Assembly: GCF_009914755.1 (NCBI RefSeq)
Contig: NC_060930.1
DNA length: 64,000 nt
DNA from: the human T2T-CHM13v2.0 reference genome, Homo sapiens
Strand: one strand, 5' to 3'
A model generated the notes under the pieces. It did not search any database and was not told where the DNA came from. It saw only the letters and a program-made list of their open reading frames with translations. Below are positions 56,422 through 64,000 of this stretch, one piece after another (positions within the stretch are counted from its first letter, which is position 1; the number at the start of each line of letters is the position of its first letter). Position numbers and translations under genes: made by a program.

Positions 56422-56935
56422 TATGATGATGAATTTATGTGTCTACTTGATTGGGCTAAGGGGTGCCCAGATAGCTGATAACATGTTATTTCTGGGTGGG
56501 TGTGTGAGAGTGTTTCTGGGAGAGACTGGCATCTGAGTCTGTGGACCAAGAAGATCCACTCTCAGCAATGTGGGCAGGCATCGTCCCATCCACTGAGGGC
56601 ACTGAGGGCCTGCACAGAACAAGAAGGCAGAGAACGGTGAATGCTCTTTCTCTTCTAGAGCCTTAAAGATCAGATTTCCTGGTTCTCAGGCCTTCTGACT
56701 GCAAGACGTACACGACTCCCAAACCTGCTGCCCCTAGTTGTCAGGCCTTCAGACACAGACTGAGTTAGACCAAAGGCTTTCCTGGTTTTCCAGCTTGCAG
56801 ATGGCAGATTGCGGGACTGCTTGGCCGCCATAATTGTGTGAGCCCTTCCCCCAGTAAACGTCCTCTTGTCTCTTTCTCTTTATAGATCCTATAGACAGAA
56901 AGGTCCTGTTTCTTGGGAGAAGCCTGACTAATACA
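56422..56935 (+). mobile_element. Solo MLT2 (ERVL) LTR
   Basis: tttatgtgtctacttgattgggctaaggggtgcccagatagctg...ctgactaataca; near-TSD ctggg/ctgag. Confidence 0.85.
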
Positions 56936-57136
56936 CTGAGTTATTTCCAATTCCAAAATTCTATGGTCATGTAAAATGCTGGAACATAGCTTTAGCCTAT
57001 ATTATATAACATTTCATATGTTGAGAAAGTGCTTCACAAATGTTTACTGAGTAGTACAAAAGATTACAAAAATGTGAACAAAATTTAAACACACGTGTAA
57101 ACAGGTGATGCCACCAAGAAAATAAATAAAAATCCT

Positions 57137-57450
<314 letters not shown>

Positions 57451-58188
57451 CCCAAGTGAATATTTTACTGGAAAACATAATACATTAGCTTTCACAGGCA
57501 TGTCTGGTACTGTAGAGAAGGAAAACCAGATCCTTCAAGTGAGAAACAGATGCTTGAGCTGAGTGCTTCTCCAACTAGAGACCACGGAGACTTGCAGGCT
57601 GAAGATTCTTTTTGAGAAGTTGTTGATTTTGGGGTTGCTATTCTGATGATTACCTAAACAATAGTAAAAATATATTCTGGATCATTTGACTGGCTTCAGT
57701 TCAAACAAAAACTGCTGTGAAATTCAGCCTCAAGTCAGTTCCTGTGCTTTGGATCTCTTTGGGAGCAAGTCATCATAGTTTAGTTTCCTGAAATGAGTGA
57801 GAAAAGAGTGGATAGAAGGCAAGGGAGGCTTCCCCTGCCAGTGACGTCCCATGGTCTGGGGCCGAGTGTCCGAAGGGTAGAGTCACAGGAGAAGTTGTGG
57901 GGGAAGGGAGGCAGCCTACAGCTCAGGGTCCCAGGCCTGCTGAGATGGAACATTTGAATCTGGGCCAACTCATCAGGGCCCTGTTCGGATCCCAAGCACT
58001 GCTTTAGTGTCAGTCTCTGGCGTATTAAATTGATAGAGTCCATCAGAATATTTTGGTCTTGTACTTTCAGTTATATTTAATTGGTATGTTTTTATTTGGG
58101 CCTTCTAGTTGTATAAGCATAAAGTATTTATAGCTCAGTTTATATCTAGACACATTGAAGACATATTGTCTTAAAAATAATTTTATTC

Positions 58189-58558
<370 letters not shown>

Positions 58559-61079
58559 TCAACCTTGGGTGTTTTGGAGAATTTTTTGTTTCTTTACAAG
58601 CGGTCTTTTATGTCACTCAAACTTGAGAAAAATGGCTTTATTTTAATCCTGCATAAAATAAGAAACACAATTTTAAATTAGCTTATCTTCAGAATGTGTA
58701 TTCTGGCTGTCTCCTAAGATACAAGTGAAAGGACTGATGTTGATGATAGCTCGTATATAAACATCTTTAACAGAAGACTAGATAATTACTTGAAACACCT
58801 GGTAGGTTCAAAAAAACAACAAACAAGACTAGACACAGCATAGACTTAGATGAGAAGAGCTGGAAGGCGGCAAGATATTTAAGAAGACCGTGGATGGCTA
58901 TCTGCAAACTGTGCTCATCACAGGGACACTAGTGTGGGAAATGGCCAGATATAAACTCAGTGTGAAGATGGGGCTTAAAAATAACAAAACTGGAACTGCA
59001 AGACGGGCCCACAGAATGCATTCGCGTAGGGAGACAGGAAAACGTTAGCGGAGGGGGCGGAGGTGGCAGAGAGGAAAACATGGGCCTGGCGAATAAAAAC
59101 CACAGTACTACTTCTGGATTTGGAGCAATAGAGACCATGTCCGATCCTTCCATGCCCTTTAAGCATCACCTCCCTCACATATGGGTTCTTCTGCATTGAT
59201 TTTTGGTAAATCTGCGTTGACTCTTAATGACTGCATATTACTTTACGTAATGAGTATTCCTGATGAAATTCGTGAGTAAGCGCTCACATGATTTTTTTCT
59301 TTGGGTGTTTGATGGGTGAAACTGGTATCAAACTCACTGCTTTTCAACTTTTGAGATTCAACTTTTCCTCATTCTGAAAAGTTAAAAAATCATCTCCGGA
59401 ACTCTGAACTCTTTATTGTATCTCAAAGATTCCCGGCAGCATCTCTGAGACTATAATAGAAGTGTTTGGACATCTATTGGCATTTAAAATATTTGTATAT
59501 GCCATATTATGTCATCATTTTTCTTAAGCACAAGGTTCTCCTTAAATTGTTATTCTGTCCTTTCTAACATGGGACATATTCTCTTTGCTCAAGAAAACAG
59601 AACACACAGGAATCGAGTAGTGTTTTTACCTACTGACACTGTGTTAGCTTTCTTGACAAGAGCCTATTCTTCTCTATCTTTTCCCTCTTTTCTTGTCCTG
59701 GACTCCACTTTTAAAGCCCGTCCTGCTGTCCTTGGAAATTTAAAAGAGAATGTCACCTCTTTCCGTGCCATCCTCATGCCGTGCTCACAAGTTTGTGCTC
59801 TTCTGTCGTGTTTTTCCTCTAGTTATTAAACCCATCACTCAACTGTTGCCTGTGTTTTCTAAAAATCTGAGCTCATTGGTGTTCAATGAATACCAGCTTT
59901 TTGGTGTTAAAAATGAATAAGACAATTTGTTAAAAAGCATATAAACACAGGATTGAATCTTATTTTAAAGGACAACTGCGAAACTGGGCTCTATATTTCA
60001 ATTAGTATCTGTAATCAACATTTACTTTTATTCTGTTGCTATACCATAAAGGTCATTTTATCATCTAACGGGGAAGCTCCTCAATGAAAATGCGTCACAA
60101 AGTTGTGTAGCATTTCCACAAAGTCACTGACAGCTACTGAGAAAAAGCAACCCCAAACAAAACAAAACAAAACAAATACCTTTGAGAGATTAACTGAGCC
60201 ATAATGTTTTCAGAAAGCTTTCGGTGAATTTCCTCAACAATCATGCTGTAAAGTAGGGAAAACTCATTTGGAAAATATATTCCATTGAGAAGCATTAAAA
60301 ACCACATGAGTCTTCGATCACTATTTTTCCTTTTAATTTCTTTGCAAGTCATCACAGGAGCAATTGTGATATCCTTTGGGTTCAATGGAAAATCGTGAGC
60401 ACCCAGGCTTGGGATAGAAATGGAAATGGATTTCAGCTCTCTGATGTGCTCCTGGCACTGGTCACATGACACAAATAATCTGCAATTTGCAGATTGCTGC
60501 TGTTTGGTGCGAAACGCTTTGAGGATTAATTTCTCTCTCGGCTATAGCTTAGAATCCCTAATGTGGGCTTGACAATTACAGTGACCTTCTATTTCCCCCC
60601 TAAGTACAACTTAGAAAAGGAAACCGACTAACGACAAAATGGCATCAAAAATAAATGAAGATTCAATGTGATCGAAGACAATGCAGCGAGACTGAACACT
60701 GACCTCTGAGCACAAGCCAGAGAGCATGGGCCACATGTGCAGGCTGGGCTGCAGCAGTGAAGGAATCCAGTGGGCGGCTTGCTACTCCAGCTAAGCCAGG
60801 TTGATTAGGGTTGCCATACACTGTGCTGAAGTAGCCATTTCTGAATTAGTCTGAGAGCCAGGCGTTAATAGGATCCCTGGAAAACTCACTAAGCTGTCTC
60901 GACAGAGTAATTGCATTCAGTCAGCAGCAGGACTTTACAGAATCAAGTTTAAAGCATTATCGTTTTCATAAATAAAGCCAAGCTTATTTTAATCCTTTCT
61001 CTCTGCTGATGGGTTTTTATTTATAAAGGATTATTCATGCATTCTTTCTCCGTAGCCAATACTTGCTGTCTCAAGATAT

Positions 61080-62020
61080 CCTAAGCCAGTTAAGGAGAAT
61101 CTTGAAGATACTCACCTTCCACCTAATAATGTACTTACAGGTATACACACGGGAGAGTAACTTACATGGTTACACAAGGAGATATGGAATAGAATATTTA
61201 CTGCGACATTTTTGTAATAACAGCAACAACAAAACGACACATCTAAAATGACCATCAACAGAAGAAGAGATAAAATCATTCAACAAATAGCCATTGTGCA
61301 CCCACTTTGTGCCAGGCACTATTACGACACTTGGGTCGCAGCCGTGAAAAATTAAAACAGACAAAAATCCCTCATTGGAGCTTGCATTCTAAAGGGGCGA
61401 GAGACAATAAAAATAAACTAATAAGTAGGTAAATGATGTAACATTTTGGATGGTCATTAGCACTGTGTGGAAAAGAGAAAATACAACAGTATAAAGGGCA
61501 GGGTTGGCTAATGTAAAAGTAAGTGTTCATTTCTTATTGAGACCATGACACTGAAGCACAGATTTTTAGGAATTGAGTTAATATGAGTTAGCTAGAGTGA
61601 AATGTATCAAAACAGGTAAATCTCAAAATCATAAAGTTGAGAAAAAAGTTGCAATCGTTTATGCACAATGCAATGTCATTTACAGAAAGTTTAGAGAATC
61701 TATTAAACAATGTCGATGCACGCAAATATACTAAGAATATAAAATAATGCCTGCAAATGATAAACGCCCCTGAAGTATGTATCAAATTGAAGGGAAGAGG
61801 AAAGAGGAACAGGACCATAGAAGGGCACTGCTATTCAAATCTGTCTTAAAGTGTATTACAATAATTGTTAAAAAGAAAAGCTAATACTTCTATGATGCTT
61901 AGTAGGAACAAAACACTCTTCACAGTGTTATGCGTGTAATTCATTTACTACTCATGACAACCCTATAAGGCAGGTACTATTTTTATCCCCATTTTAAAGA
62001 TGGCGAAATCGAGGCAGAAA
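61080..62020. mobile_element. Cluster of old L1M, L2 (about 61275-61570, reverse) and MIR (about 61880-62020) fragments
   Basis: tcattcaacaaatag...tgtgccaggcactatt; gacaaccctataaggcaggtactatttttatccccattttaaagatg. Confidence 0.6.
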
Positions 62021-63021
62021 AAGAACTAAACTAATGAAGTCATCAAAGCCGGGTAGTGTGTACATGGACATTGATTATGCTACTTTAAATATCTAACTGG
62101 ATGTCTGGAACTTTTCATAATAAAAAACTCTAGATGAAACCTTTAAAGTACATCTAAAAATAACCTTGGAAAAGGCTGAATAAAAATTCAATAACGTATA
62201 GACCTGAGTTTGTGAACATATATGAGCATGAATGTAGTCTGGAGAAGGAAAACCTTCCAATACAACCACTAATTAGTAGACATAACTTATCTGAGTAGTA
62301 TAGCATGAAACTTTGTAAATTTTGATGCTTTCAGAATAAGCTGAAAGAAGCCATGAAATATTATCTATTCAATTTCTTACTTGTAGATGAGGCAGTTACC
62401 AGTCCAGAAGATGTGAAGTATCTTTTAGGAGCTCAGCATAGTGTGTATGAAGCTCAGATAGCTGTGATTTCATAATTTATATTAAAATTGATGCAGATTG
62501 GTATTTTCTGGTTTTTTGCAGCTGCTGTATTAATCCAAACATCCTTGCTGGGTCAGCTTCTAGTGGCTATGAGACTATCCATCTTCCAATGAGGTGCCAG
62601 GGAAGAATCAGTCTCATTGATAATGAGACACGATCAGAAATTTTCATTTCACAAATAATATTATCCTTATTGGCCGGAGGTGAATTCCAAGTAAATATTC
62701 ATTGATTCTTCGTCGAACAACTCTTGAGTGTACACTTACTATGCGTAACGCCAGGGGCCATAGAGAAATCATAAATGAATCAGACAGGGATTCTGCCTTC
62801 CTGGAGCTTGCAGAAGAAATAAGATGCACACCAACAAACCAAGTAGATGTAGAAAGAGCCAAGTGAGCAGAGAGCAACCAAAGAGGTATAAAAAAAGAAA
62901 AAGAGGAGGTGGCTTGGAATCAAAGAGGCCAAAGCCTGGAGTGTTTGAGGAATCCAAGCAGCTGCTCGGCTGCAGATGAGAATTGAAAGCACCTGCATAC
63001 ACACAGCCTACCTACTGGGGC

Positions 63022-63512
63022 TGAGAACTGAGACCACTGAGACCTAATTATTTGTTCCAGAAGAATTCTGCCCTGGAAGATAAGCTTGTAAAGCAATAAA
63101 TAACTTCACTGTTTGCTTGAAGAAACTCCTGCAAATAATTTAACCAGACAGTTTGCTCATCTGAGTAGCCATCTCTCTTAACAGGAAATCAGACGGTTCA
63201 CCTGGGCAATAATAGCTCTTGTATAAGACAACAGTTTCCTTATGAAGGCTTCCTTAGGACTTTGTCTCACTGTGTCCACTGACCCCAAACTACTATGTCA
63301 TTGATCTGCTCAACTCCAATCAGTTTCCCACTTGAAAGATCTGCAATAAGCGCTTAAGCCCAGATCCCCAGGCTCTATGAACACCCTCCCCTGACCTCTC
63401 TTTCCTGTGACACCTCCATGACTGTCCACACGATGGTGTCACTTCCTGCACTAGATCTAATCAGTGCTGCTCTGCAATAGATTTTCTGTGGTCATTTGGG
63501 AGGTTTGAGACA
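63022..63512 (+). mobile_element. Probable old ERV1-type solo LTR
   Basis: TG...CA, about 490 bp, ccaatc motif, LTR-like 3' end ggtcatttgggaggtttgagaca. Family not assigned. Confidence 0.4.
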
Positions 63513-64000
63513 GAGGACAAGGTAGAACATGCAGTAACAAAAGATGAAAAACACTTCTCATTTTTCTTATTTGTATGTCATTACAATGTCAAAACAACTT
63601 AAATATTTTGAATTGTGTGTATATTCTTGGCGCTTTGCCTTCACCTTTGAATTTCATAAAGTTCTTCCTTTGTTATTGACCTATATTTTGAGTGATTGTG
63701 ATGATACATTTTACAGGGCAAGTGTTTTCAACATCCAGCATCCCTCAGATCACAAATTTAATTTGGCTGGTCAACACATGAGTGGCCACTGGGAATGGGA
63801 GGCTCTCAGAGTGAAAAGGGATCCTTATCCATTATTTTCTTTCTCCTGCTGCTCTCAAAAGTTTGTCCTTGGTTGACATCAGAGAAAGGAAAGGGAGGAA
63901 GTGAAGGAGATGGAATTTTGTGCTCTCTTTAATATGTTTTTCCACAGATTATGGTGGTTGGTTGGTTACCTGAGTGAAAATGTCAATGTCTAGTTAACGT

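Overview
Human-type genomic DNA from inside PRKN (PARK2, parkin), which is transcribed on the - strand. The window holds canonical exon 8 (54112-54173, 62 nt) and exon 9 (33663-33812, 150 nt), all of intron 8 (20,299 bp), and parts of introns 7 and 9. The rest is mostly intronic repeat: about 18 Alus, L2, L1, MIR and CR1 remnants, solo LTRs, DNA-transposon relics and micro/minisatellites. Almost all ORFs in the supplied track are repeat-derived or random. I found no new multi-gene system. The most notable observations are: (1) an ancient mitochondrial insertion (tRNA-Leu(CUN) 3' part plus ND5 start) at 45888-46097 whose translation looks more like non-anthropoid ND5 than human ND5; (2) an alternative PRKN exon in intron 9 (YGQRRTK-stop) that appears to be exonised from a CR1/L3 relic; (3) a ~500-bp foreign insert inside an L2 carrying a well-formed antisense exon; (4) a solo ERV1 LTR with promoter motifs but no poly(A) signal, pointing antisense to PRKN; (5) repeat pairs and (AT)n tracts around exons 8-9 that may be relevant to FRA6E fragility. 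Repeat family names come from recalled consensus sequences and were not checked by a search.
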